A stretch of DNA of 64,000 nucleotides from contig OZ059899.1 of NCBI GenBank assembly GCA_964057225.1, forward strand, positions 7,502,001 to 7,566,000, written 5' to 3'. The notes under the pieces are model-generated. The model was not told the DNA's origin, made no database searches, and was given only the letters and a program-made list of their open reading frames with translations. The stretch is from Auanema rhodensis (Eukaryota > Animalia > Nematoda). Both the position numbers and the translations under genes were made by a program. Positions 25,601-44,800 of the stretch are shown here, one piece after another (the first letter of the stretch is position 1; the number at the start of each line of letters is the position of its first letter).

Positions 25601-27930
25601 TTGTTCACTAGTTGTTGGAGCTTCTGTAGTGGACATTAGTTGTTCACTAGTTGTTGGAGCTTCTGTAGTGGACATTAGTGGTTCACTAGTTGTTGGAGCT
25701 TCTGTAGTGGACATTAGTGGTTCACTAGTTGTTGGAGCTTCAGTAGTGGACGTTAGTTGTTCACTAGTTGTTGGAGCTTCTGTAGTGGACATTAGTGGTT
25801 CACTAGTTGTTGGAGCTTCTGTAGTGGACGTTAGTTGTTCACTAGTTGTTGGAGCTTCTGTAGTGGACATTAGTGGTTCACTAGTTGTTGGAGCTTCAGT
25901 AGTGGACGTTAGTTGTTCACTAGTAGTTGGACCTTCAGTAGTAGACGTTGGCTCTTCACTTGTGTCTTGAGCTTCAGTAGTTGACGTTAGTTGTTCACTT
26001 GTGGCTTGAGCTTCAGTAGTTGACATTGGTTGTTCACTAGTTGTTGGAGCTTCTGTAGTGGACGTTAGTTGTTCACTAGTTGTTGGAGCTTCTGTAGTGG
26101 ACATTAGTTGTTCACTAGTTGTTGGAGCTTCAGTAGTGGACGTTAGTTGTTCACTAGTTGTTGGAGCTTCTGTAGTGGACATTAGTGGTTCACTAGTTGT
26201 TGGAGCTTCTGTAGTGGACGTTAGTTGTTCACTAGTTGTTGGAGCTTCTGTAGTGGACATTAGTGGTTCACTAGTTGTTGGAGCTTCAGTAGTGGACGTT
26301 AGTTGTTCACTAGTAGTTGGACCTTCAGTAGTAGACGTTGGCTCTTCACTTGTGTCTTGAGCTTCAGTAGTAGACGTTGGCTCTTCACTTGTGTCTTGAG
26401 CTTCAGTAGTGGACGTTGGCTGTTCACTAGTGGTTGGAGCTTCTGTAGTGGACGTTAGTTGTTCACTAGTGGTTGGAGCTTCTGTAGTGGACATTAGTGG
26501 TTCACTAGTTGTTGGAGCTTCAGTAGTGGACGTTAGTTGTTCACTAGTAGTTGGACCTTCAGTAGTAGACGTTGGCTCTTCACTTGTGTCTTGAGCTTCA
26601 GTAGTGGACGTTGGCTGTTCACTAGTGGTTGGAGCTTCTGTAGTGGACGTTAGTTGTTCACTAGTTGTTGGAGTTTCTGTAGTCAAAGTTGATTTTGATG
26701 TCGATGTTGTAATATTATCAGAGCTATCTAAAAATAAACTCAATTCTTTTGTTCTCTAACATGACCTCTTACTTATTATATGAGAAATAACTTGAGATAT
26801 ATTTTGACCTTTACCAACAGAAGTGACTGCATTTTCTGAAATATTATAAAGATTCCGTATTTGTTTTTGCGTTAATTGATCTGATGTTAAGATGGTTTCC
26901 TGTGAACGGAGTAAGCATTTCGATAAAATCTGGTCAAAGTTTTCTAGGTCTTCTTTTTTACTGAAAATAGTCTTATTATGATATCTACGGTATAAACTAA
27001 GACTACCCGGTATAATTTGCAGATGCCATACATGGGATAAAATAAAGAAAATAATTTTTTCTATCAGAATTATCTAAATTGGTTTCATATTTCTCTACAG
27101 CACTGAAATTATGAAATATTTTATAATGATTTACATTTGCTTTTTTTAAGATGAAATTTTATTTTGTTTTATATTATATAGGATTTTTGCTGATTCAGTT
27201 ATAACGATAAAAAAATTTCGCTGGTCATGTTTGAACTATATGAAATTGTGATGCAATATTTCTTATGTGAGAATTATACATTAGTTTGTTTGGTAACACT
27301 ACGAATAAATGAAATTTTCAGTTTTAATAGGAAAGAGAATACAAAATGTCAAAAGAAATTTTAAACGTTTTTTTTACGTTATATAGAAAACTATAAAGAA
27401 AGTTAATTTTTTTTTATTTTGAGACGTTCACCTTTGTTGTGATAAGGATTTTGAATTAGATTGTTGAATGGTTTCAATATACTCAAGTGCTTGCGGTATA
27501 GTTAGTACATCAGTTGCTTCAGCAGTTTCAGAAAAAGTAATAATGGATAAGCTAAAATCATTATCAAGATTTTTTATGATTTCCTTAGCCTCTTTGCTGA
27601 TCTGTACAATATACTTTCAAAATTATAATTTTTACAAAGTAGAACCAACGGTATAGTAACTGCATGACGAAGTATCTCGCTTTTGCCGCAAAGCTTTTGT
27701 TTCATCTACAGTTGGAATAGCTACTGATAGAAGCTTTGTTACAATAGTATTGGTTTGTTTATGTTCTAAATAATTAATATTGATTTAAATATATAAAAAT
27801 ATAATTGTCTGTAAAAATTAATATAATTACTATTAGTTAGTACTATAGCTAAAATAACCGCCACAGCAGCAAGAACCACAACAAAAATTATCAGAACAAG
27901 TAGTGAAAGTACTAAATATGATTTCTTCAT
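7664..27930 (-). CDS. Giant type II membrane mucin-like protein ('gene A'), about 6,600 aa: TM anchor, RQKR site, globular domain, ~6,300-aa Thr/Ser/Glu/Pro repeat region
   Basis: Exon 1 27930-27831 MKKSYLVLSLLVLIIFVVVLAAVAVILAIVLTN; exon 2 27765-27650 ...KLLSVAIPTVDETKALRQKRDTSSCSYYT; exon 3 ISKEAKEII...FSLSIITFSETA...; exon 4 ...NYFLYFIPCMASANYT; exon 5 KKEDLENFDQILSKC...VISHII; giant exon 26727-7664, open throughout (ORF track 6359 aa). Confidence 0.88.
7680..26680 (-). repeat. Coding minisatellite, 39-bp unit (STTEA[PT/QA/QS/LT/PI]TSEQ[P/L][T/M]) with 36-bp variants, roughly 490 copies with higher-order structure
   Basis: Visible directly; copy number estimated as length/39. Confidence 0.98.
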
Positions 27931-28835
27931 TCTTTATTCTAAATTATAAAAAATTTGTTATTATATTTTAATAAATATAAAATAAAAAGAAATGAAGTAT
28001 AATAGAATAATGAAAAAGCAAAAAAGATTTCTTATAACACTATGGTTTTTTTTAACTAATTTATATTTTTTATCTATTATCAAAATAGAATTAAGTATGC
28101 GCCAAAGTTTCTGACCATTGATATTGAAATTCGACTAAATATGTTGTGTTTGAAATCTAAATTATTCAAAAAAATTTCTTGTTTTTACTTTTTGTTTCAG
28201 TTTTTCTCTTTTTTTCTGGATATATAATATTATCACATATAGTATTGTAAACATTTACAGTTTAATAAATAAAATAAATAAAAACTTGAGCATAAATTTC
28301 TTTTTCGAACTATAATTAAATAATTAGTTATTACAATAAGATTGTAAGTATAATCGAACATAACAACAGTTAAACGTCTAATGCATGTACATAAGGATAC
28401 AATCTACTGAAATTCTCAACTGAATATAGAAACTTTAAAGAATTTATGATTAGAGGAATCAGAGTAAAGATTATATATCATACAACATTTGCAACGTTCG
28501 AATATTTCATATGTGGAAGACATAAACTTAAACTGTCTTCGCACACATATTCTTCAATATGTATCTTTTTCTTTCTTTAATATTATATTTATGTTTGTGT
28601 AAACATTCAAATATTTTATGCTTTTTCATCATCATCTTGATGAATAATATGATATCAAATTGTTTCTTTTTTTGTAATGAATAAATAAATTATATTAGTT
28701 AATTAAATAATAATATTCAATATATCACATTATAATACAGTATTCAATTTATTTTATTTTATTAATTGTTCTATATGATTCACTTTACACTTTGCTTTGC
28801 TACTGAAATGATCTTCATCTCTTGTTTGAAACTCT

Positions 28836-30376
28836 TTAGCCTATCTTACATGGATCTGGACTGTTAGCTTCATTCTCTACCATCTTTAGTTCTTTCTTTT
28901 TTATTATAGAAGGGGTTGACAGCGGCTTTAAAGTGCAAAAAGTTATCTTTAAATTTTTAGAAACACGCATCACCTAAAGTTACAATCAATGAAATAATGT
29001 AAGTTAAAACTAACTGATCCAGAATTTCCGTCTGATCCGCAATAGTTTGGAGCAGAAAAAATTGTAACTATATGATTATCGAATTCCCATAAATGACCAT
29101 TCTAGTGTTTTTTTTGTATTTTGAAATAGTATAAGTTTAAATATACCGGAACTACTTCATGTGCTCTAACAATCAATTTCAAGCTTAATTTTTCACATAA
29201 TTCTTTTACAGCTCGTTTTCCAAAAATTACAGATGTATATCTAACCTATTGAATAAAAATTAATAGTGTAAATGACAAAATCTAAAATATCATAAACTAT
29301 AACATTACTGAATTGTATGCATATACTGGACAACAAGCATCAGTCGTTGGATCTGACCACATCAAATCTAAAGCAATTCCTTCGTCGCATTCATCAGGGC
29401 CACTAGGTTTCTACAAAATTGGGAAACGAATTTTCAACACATCAAATGTGATTAGAAAACTTTAAGGCTCAACAGACTATCCCATGACTGTATCAGGGGT
29501 GATAAACCACCGTGCATGCATAAAATTGTTTTATCAATTGTAGCACATAGAGGAAAATGATCAAATACCTAGAAAATAGAGTTTTATGTTTGATAACCCT
29601 TTAATACCAACTAACCTCATTGTACTTTTTCCATATATTGCTTGATCGTTTTTCAATTAATTCTTCACGAAAACCATACAATGCATTCATTCGTGAGCAT
29701 TCATGATTTCCACGAATTAAATATATTGAATTAGGATATAGTACTTTATAACAAAGTAATAAAGTTATAACCTTTAAATAGTATAATTAAAAATTAATTT
29801 TTAACTATTAAAAATAATAATATTAACAACTTCTAAAGATAATTTTCCTCTGTCCACATAATCACCTAAGAAAAGTAAAACTGTATTGGGAGGTGTACCA
29901 ACAACGGATAAAAATCTGAAATTTGTCTTTTTCAAGTTTAATGAAAAATCGAAATTAAATGAAAAATAATTCTAGACTGCTAAAAATATTATAAATTTTC
30001 AAATGTATACTTTAACAGATCCAGCAGCTGTCCATGAATATCTCCAAATATAACCAACGGAGCTGTCAAACATAAAGTTGCTGGTTCTAGTTTTAAAACC
30101 GATGTTGCCTTAAAAATACAATATAATAAATTGTCGTTAATTATTGTTTTTATATATGATATAGCTTGTAATTTATTTAAATCTATATTACCTCATTTAG
30201 TATTTGAGATAACTGTTGATCAGTGAATCCACATATATGATAATCAGTTTGTATTCGGCGTATAATTCGTTCAGCCAATATTTTAGTTAGCTATATTACA
30301 ATTCATATAATTATTATAATTTGTTTAATTATTTTACTATTGTTTTATTAGTAGAATAATTAGTAGAAGTATTCAT
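28836..30376 (-). CDS. PP1-like Ser/Thr protein phosphatase catalytic subunit (divergent nematode PPP paralogue)
   Basis: Spliced exons give all PPP motifs: FGDIHGQ, FLGDYVDRG, IRGNHE, CMHGGLSP, DLMWSDP, IVRAHEVV, TIFSAPNYCG; ends ...ANSPDPCKIG*. The first exon (MNTSTNYSTNKTI) is less certain. Confidence 0.92.
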
Positions 30377-30693
30377 ATTTATGTATATGAAAAACTTAAC
30401 CAGTTAATGTGAATGATATTAGTAAATTTGAAATTCCTATATCCAAACGTGTCAAATAATTTACGTGGAAATTAGAATAAATAATGAGAAAAAACATTCA
30501 ATTACAGAAATATGATTGAAAAATATCAATTTTATTCTTTATATTATTATTTCAAATTACTTAGTTAGATTTTAAGGAAAATCAAAAAAAAATAATTTTT
30601 TTATGATTGCTTTGATACTTTTTATTTTTACGTTCAAATGATTAATGATGTTTGTGGCTTGTTTTAAGTATTTCAAAAGAAAGAGAAGATGAT

Positions 30694-30710
30694 GGGAGGG
30701 GGGGGGGGGG
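30694..30710 (+). repeat. Poly-G tract (GGGA + G13), G-quadruplex capable
   Basis: gggaggggggggggggg read directly. Confidence 0.85.
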
Positions 30711-31989
30711 AATTCGGATAGCATTAAGAAGGCGTGGCTAGTCTGTGCCAAATCAACCAAAAGCAAGACGTATATCCTTTTGACTGTCCTTTGCATTCAT
30801 TTCAAGGAATGCAATTATTTATTATATGACTTCATATTCAAAATATAAAAAATATAAATATATTTTAATTATGCATAAACTACTAATTATATGTTATGAT
30901 GTTTTCATTATATATAAATCCGCTATTGAATAATTGAATATTGATACAATCTGAATGTATATTTTGTTTTATTTATATGAATCGAATATTTTTTTAATTT
31001 ATTTCATTTTATTCTAAATATATAATATATAGGCTACCTTATTTTCTAATAGTTATTAATAAGATCGAATAAGAAATTTTCCCTAAGAAGCAAAACTTGC
31101 AAATAGGAACTGGTCAGCTAGTTTATATAACTTTCCGTTGCTTTTGTCCGATGACTATTATATAGCTAATACTTTCTAGTTATCTTATATGCTTAATCAT
31201 ACTATATAGAATATAATTATGTTATTCTTCCCAGACTATGATGGTATTCTTTTTACTTGTTATACTTCTTTACAACTACTTGATACCTATGCATAAGCAT
31301 ACACAAACCTTTTTTTGAATTAAGAAATAATCTTTATATCTTTTTTATAATATATGTAAATATATATATATATATATGTTATATGTTTTCTTTATTAGAT
31401 AATAATACAATATCCGGAAGATAATTATCTAAGAATTTTCATCCGGTCAATCATGTTTCTTATGCAATCATGTATATGTATACATGAATTCATGACTTCA
31501 CCAACAACTAGCTTTTTCTTAACGGCTCTTTATCATTGAATGAGATCTAATTTGAATGTTTTCTTTCACTCTTATATACATAAGAATATTATTATTATAA
31601 CTTATATGTTCACATATTCAATCTACCATTCTATTTCATTTTCTCTATTTATTTTGTATTTATATGTAGATACTCAGATGAATGCCCGTTATATGATTTT
31701 CATCCTTTTCTTCTTCATTCCTTAAAAACAAAAACTGTTTCACGGAAGCAGCCAAGACAAAAAAATTGACAACGAGACAGAAGCAATCCATTGGATTTGA
31801 CGTACTTTTGCAATTTTTCCTTTTACGGCCTTCGTTCTTACTTTCTCTCTCGTGTATCCCGGTCTAGATTGTACAACCCTGTTTCAATGGCCAAGTAGTT
31901 GATCCAAGTCAATTAATTCATCTGAGATTTTTTTGCTTTCCTTTATACTTACCCATTTCTTACGTCAAACTTATGTTTCTATCTAAGGG

Positions 31990-39264
<7,275 letters not shown>

Positions 39265-39326
39265 CTGAACGTTACATCTTATTGAACATAACATGTTTTG
39301 TTAAATCGAATTGGAAGTTACATTCG

Positions 39327-39331
<5 letters not shown>

Positions 39332-39405
<74 letters not shown>
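39332..39405. repeat. (AT)n microsatellite just downstream of the wart gene stop codon
   Basis: Read directly. Confidence 0.97.
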
Positions 39406-39410
<5 letters not shown>

Positions 39411-39778
39411 TTGAAATTCAAATCAATTTTATCGAACGAAGAAAATAAAATAGATATATACTTACTAGGAAGGTTCGCATTTTTTGTTTTTTAAATTTAT
39501 TTTAAATGCTTAACCCCCCATTCAATTCAATCTTTTGCGTATTTGTAGTCCGTCTAGGTGCTTGGCTTATTTCTAATAATATTTCCTTTTCGATATAATT
39601 CTGTGTAATTACATTGTAGATTATTTTTAAAATTATCTTTTTCAATTCATTTCTCAACACTTATTTTATTGTCAACTATATAATTTGTAGAAACAGGCTA
39701 TACTTTCCGACAATATTGTCGATGCTCAGGCATTTGATGCTAGTTTCTTTCTTTAAATTCATTTAAATACTTCAAAAA

Positions 39779-39813
<35 letters not shown>

Positions 39814-40374
39814 GATGTAGTATTAAAATGTTTTTTTCTTTGAAATCAAAATTATTTAATTTTTTTTGTCTGAAAGATATGTGTTCCGTCTCCATGCAAT
39901 GACTTTGTTGTGCCCAACCATGGTACAGGTACTTGTTTTATTTCGTAGAATGTTATTATTATTATTATAATTATTATTACTTTTTTCTAACTATTTTTCT
40001 ATTTTTTTTTTAAGATTCAATTTTCTATTTAAGATTGAAAACGATAAAGTATTTTCTCATGATTTCTTTTCATTCGCTTTATTGCAAAACGTAAAAATAT
40101 TCGAAAAAATAAAAATACATACAAAAAAATATTTTATGACAATGAAGTTAAGCAACAGAAACGAAATATACATGAGCTACATATACATATGCGTATACAT
40201 TCATATGTCTTCATTTCAAGGTATCTAATTTCAACTTCATTCTGATTATCATTAAAGCAAAGCTTAAATATAAGAGATTTTTTCTTCCAATATCATTGTA
40301 TGTGTTAGATATAGCATAGGTTCTGCTTGGACATGAATGCAAACTGAAATCTTCATGTATGGAATGTGAAAGGC

Positions 40375-41858
40375 TTAAATTCGAATATCGAAGTGAGGTG
40401 GTATCCGAGCAACGAGTTGATAATCGAAATATAAAGCTCCATTAACCATAGTAACTGTTCGGCCCTCGGCCTAAAAATTTTGATTTAGTACTTCTCGAAC
40501 AAGTCACTGACAAATGAAATTAGTGTTCTGAAACAAAAAAAAAACTTACTTTAGCTTTTCTAATTTGTCCTTGTAAGGCAGTTGGATCCATAGATGGTGC
40601 TTGAGCTCCAACAATTGCTCCAGCTTGTTGCATCATCATAGCAACACCCATACCAACACCCATTGACCTTTAAAAGAAATGATTAATTACTTTTAAAAAC
40701 ATATATTTCTCTTATATACTATAATCCTTTATTGAAAAATAACGATAATTATCATCTCAACTACTGAATATTCATCAAAATCTCTATGTTGACAAATGCA
40801 AGAGCCAAAAGAACTTTGAGGCATTTCAAAATGCAAATTGAAATCAGCAAATAGTTATTCAAAGGACAAATTTTTAAAAAAGAATAACTTCTTTTCTTTA
40901 TTAGAAATTGCCTCGCATTGCTGTAGTTGTTATATTTTTTTCATGAAGTTTCAAATACAACATGATATTCCATTACATGCTCTGATGTTCAGACAAATTA
41001 AAATTTTAAAATCAGATCAGCACGACATTCCTTCATCTGAAATACATCCTACACAAAAGTATCTTTCAACTTTTTTGGCCTATATTATTTTGATGTGGAA
41101 GATCTAGAAACAAACATGTAATCAAGTTTAGAAAATTTATAAAATGTGAAAGCACATGCTGCTCCCGATTCTATCTTTATCTTTCATCTCCAACTTAACA
41201 ACAAAAAACGTTTTATGAGCCAGATGAAGAAAGTGACTTCTTCTTCGTTTTTTAATCACATTTCTATTTTACACATTAAGCTGTTATAAATTTGAGAGTC
41301 GATAATACGAATAGAATTGTTGGAAAAGTTATCCTCCTTGCCGTCGTAGCTACATTCATATTCGTGAAATTTAACTGAATCAAGTAGTGCCTAGTGCCCT
41401 TGTCGTAGCTGAATACTTCGGAAGCTGTAACAAAATTTCCGGCTCTTGTAATAGTCGCTAAGCACGTTGACATGAACGAGAAAGCGACATGCATCTTTTC
41501 ATCACTTACTGCTATTCTACAGTTAAATTGAAATGAATAGATAACATAGCTATGTTTATAAAAATAGCGAAAAATTGTAAAAAACTGATGTATATAACAT
41601 TTTCTCAAAAGTACACCATAATTTACAAAGAAATGTTCAACTAATTTTGTCATCGTTTTTTCAGTTAGTTAGAATATCAATGATGTAAAATATTATAAAT
41701 ATAGACACATAGATCTATGGTCTGATTTTAAGTCATAAAATTAAATAAATAGCATTCTATATTTTGCGCAGTAAATTGATAAAAATCAAAACTTACGATT
41801 GTCGTCTTTTACGGTCCTCATTAAATTGCTCCGATTCTGAGGACACGCAACAGCCCAT
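40375..41858 (-). CDS. 91-aa protein of unknown function with an N-terminal MGCC lipidation motif
   Basis: Exons 41858-41797, 40667-40550 and 40470-40375 join in frame via GTAAG...AG introns: MGCCVSSESEQFNEDRKRRQSSMGVGMGVAMMMQQAGAIVGAQAPSMDPTALQGQIRKAKAEGRTVTMVNGALYFDYQLVARIPPHFDIRI*. Confidence 0.75.
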
Positions 41859-44800
41859 GATGTGTTCAGACCATTCTGATTTGCTTCAGGAAACTCTCTC
41901 TAAAGTAGAAAAGTTAAACTTAAGTTAAAATAAGATGAGTTTAAAGCTACAACGTTAATAGAATACTAATATGTGAACTAAGACAAAATTGAAATACCAA
42001 CAAGTGATGTTATGAAGACATAACAAGTTTAAACAAGAGTTTGCTGTAAAAAAAGAGAAAAGTAGAAATAAAGAAATAAGTATCATATAACAGATTTGAG
42101 TATATAACAGAATATTGTTAAAATAAATTGAAGAATTGTTTTTTTTTCACTTTCAGATATGGGCTCGACAAGTGGGCTTTCATGTTTTCAGTACAGCAAC
42201 TTTAGCCTCCCGTGGCCTTAATGTAATTGAAAAGTCAGCCGGCCTCTATTATGCTTTTGTGGAACAATCACATTAGAGAGTCAGACTCTATGAGAATCAT
42301 CCGTCCTCCAATACTTTTTTCTGCTCAAACATTTTTCTAAGTACTTTTGATAAAAAAAACGTATTCAAGCTAGTTTTACTAGTACATTACACAACTTTTC
42401 AACAATTTTATATATATATATAATATTATAAATGTAAATATATAGAATATAAAATTTCAATATATACAAATAGAATTATGAAGAACTAAACATAATATTT
42501 CGAAAAAAAACCAGAAAGTAGAAGTATAATAACGGAAGGAAGAAAACGACTAGATAAAATGAGAAATAGATTATTAAAATTGAAGCAAGGAAATGGATGA
42601 TCATACATGAAAAAAAAGGAATTGAATCTAAAATGAAAAAAAAAATAAACGAATAAGAGGAAAGTATAGAATATGAGCAATATTTATATGATTTTTACTT
42701 AAACGTTGTGGAACTTAAGGAATCTTGTTTAATGATAGAAAACAAATAAAAATAAAAAGTAGTATAAAGGTTATGAGAAAGTATAGGGCAAATACTTTTC
42801 ATTGTTCTTGCAACTTGATAATTGTGCGAATATAGTTTAGACAAGAGTCATATAAATGATAAATAAAGACTTAAGGAAAGTAAAAGTGATGTATGTTCAA
42901 GTATATGATTATGCATGAGCAGTAGTTCAAAAAAGAAATAATGTTCTTGATATATAAGAAGAATCAAAATATTCATTTACAAATTGCTAAAGATGAATAG
43001 TAATTATTCAAGCATATTTCATCAAGTATATATTTTTATTTTATTTATTTATTTATGATATTTATCCCGGAGGGAGAATCAGACGAGGAACGAGTGATGA
43101 GATGAAAATAACAACTATAACCTTATTTGATTTCAGTTGGAATGAGAGTAGAGCTTGAAGATTAAGATTAAGCTAAATTTTAAAAAAAAGTAGATGAGAA
43201 GAAGTGTGGATATACATTTTATAAAAACCTTGAAAAACGAGTTTCACATTTTTCATATGTGATATCCGGCAACTGTGAGCTGCTTTCATATTTCCCAGAA
43301 ATGTAAATTTTAAATCTCTAAAATTCATAAGAACAAACTTTATAATTTAAAAAAGACTATACATTTGTTGTGGAAGAACTTTTATTATCTTCACCTTCAT
43401 CATTGATATCAGATTGACGTAGAGCTTTAAGGTCGTATTTATTGTGTCGTTTTCGAATGTATATCTATGTTGAAGAAGAAACTAGGGCTACAAAATGTAG
43501 TTAGCGGGTAAGGAAACTACAAGCATCTCTAGGGTCGGGTAAACGAAGATGATGAAGCGGGGATGGGAGGAAGTTTAAGAAGGCAGTTTAGGTGAGTTCT
43601 TTAAGTCCATTCATCTGGTCCTTTTTATGTTGTATGGAATATATTTTCACTTGATCTTTCAATTGTACGTAATTGATTCGATGAAAAGGAGAAAAAACAT
43701 TGAGGCAAGTAACATAGGTCATAAACAAAGCATTTAAAAACTATTTAACAGAAACAAAGAAAAATTATAAGTATATTGAAACAGAATAATTACAGCTAAT
43801 GACATCTCAATAAAAGATAAAATTATACAGGAGTTTTTCAAAAGAGAATAATGCAATCGAGCAGAGCAGTTTGGAGAAAATTGCTTGTTATGGCAACCAA
43901 CTTTTAGTTTATCGTCATTTTATTTGTGAGACCTTTAGATGGGATTAGTTTATGCTGAAATAGAGTATTACGAACAACAGAACAAACAACTCTTGGTCGG
44001 CTTTTCAATTAAAGGTAAAAAAAAATATTGAAGCTAGAACGATAAAATTAAACATTAACAACTATATCTGATTGAATATTTGAAGTGAAAAATAAAAAAG
44101 TTTTTATGTGAATAATGCAAATCAAAGAAATATAATAAATATAATAAGCTCGCGGATTTGTTCCTACATAATTCTCGACCTCAACACTTTAGAAAAAAGG
44201 ACATGGAATATTTTGCTAAGAATCAAAGGTAAAAGCATTGATGCATAACTTTAGACAATAGTTTTCAGCTACTCTCCTGTATTTACACAAACTTTGCAAC
44301 TGAAATGAAGATCGCTAATAAAAACTTCATAATATCACTGCAATACAATAGCCAATGAGTAGTGAAGCGAAAATAAAACTTTGACATTAGTCGTTATATG
44401 TCCAGTTAAAAGTAACCTCGTAAAAATCAAGAATCAGATTGTACTTACTTAATTCTTCAGCCTACGCCACACTTTATCAAAAGAACACAATTTTTTTTAT
44501 CGAATATAAAAACTTTTTTCGAGTATATAATAATATCGGCAGTGTTAGTAGACCTATGATTTTAAATAGATGCTTTCCAAAACATTTAATTTATAAATGA
44601 ATCTAATCATCTGACAAATGTAACATATAGTACGTGAGATTTTACAAATCTTGAACATAACTTGATGTCAATAAATGGCGATTCAACGCATGATCATCAA
44701 GTTAATACAACAAACTAGACGTTGATGTGTTAATACAATAGCTATGTTCATGAAAACGAAAGATGTTCACGTAACATATTACACAAATCTGTATATAATA

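Noticed and set aside
7669-26594. Dozens of short ORFs (MNSQRLLLKL..., MDVGCSLVV...)
   Set aside because: Alternative-frame and antisense translations of the 39-bp repeat, frequently broken by stops.
2486-26680. Repeat arrays as CRISPR arrays or centromeric satellite
   Set aside because: No unique spacers or cas genes; the context is eukaryotic; unit lengths are multiples of 3 in one open frame spliced to unique exons.
42158-42280. Exon-like segment reading VFSTATLASRGLNV, reminiscent of helicase motif V
   Set aside because: Ends in a stop with no other helicase motifs or partner exons nearby; cannot be separated from chance.
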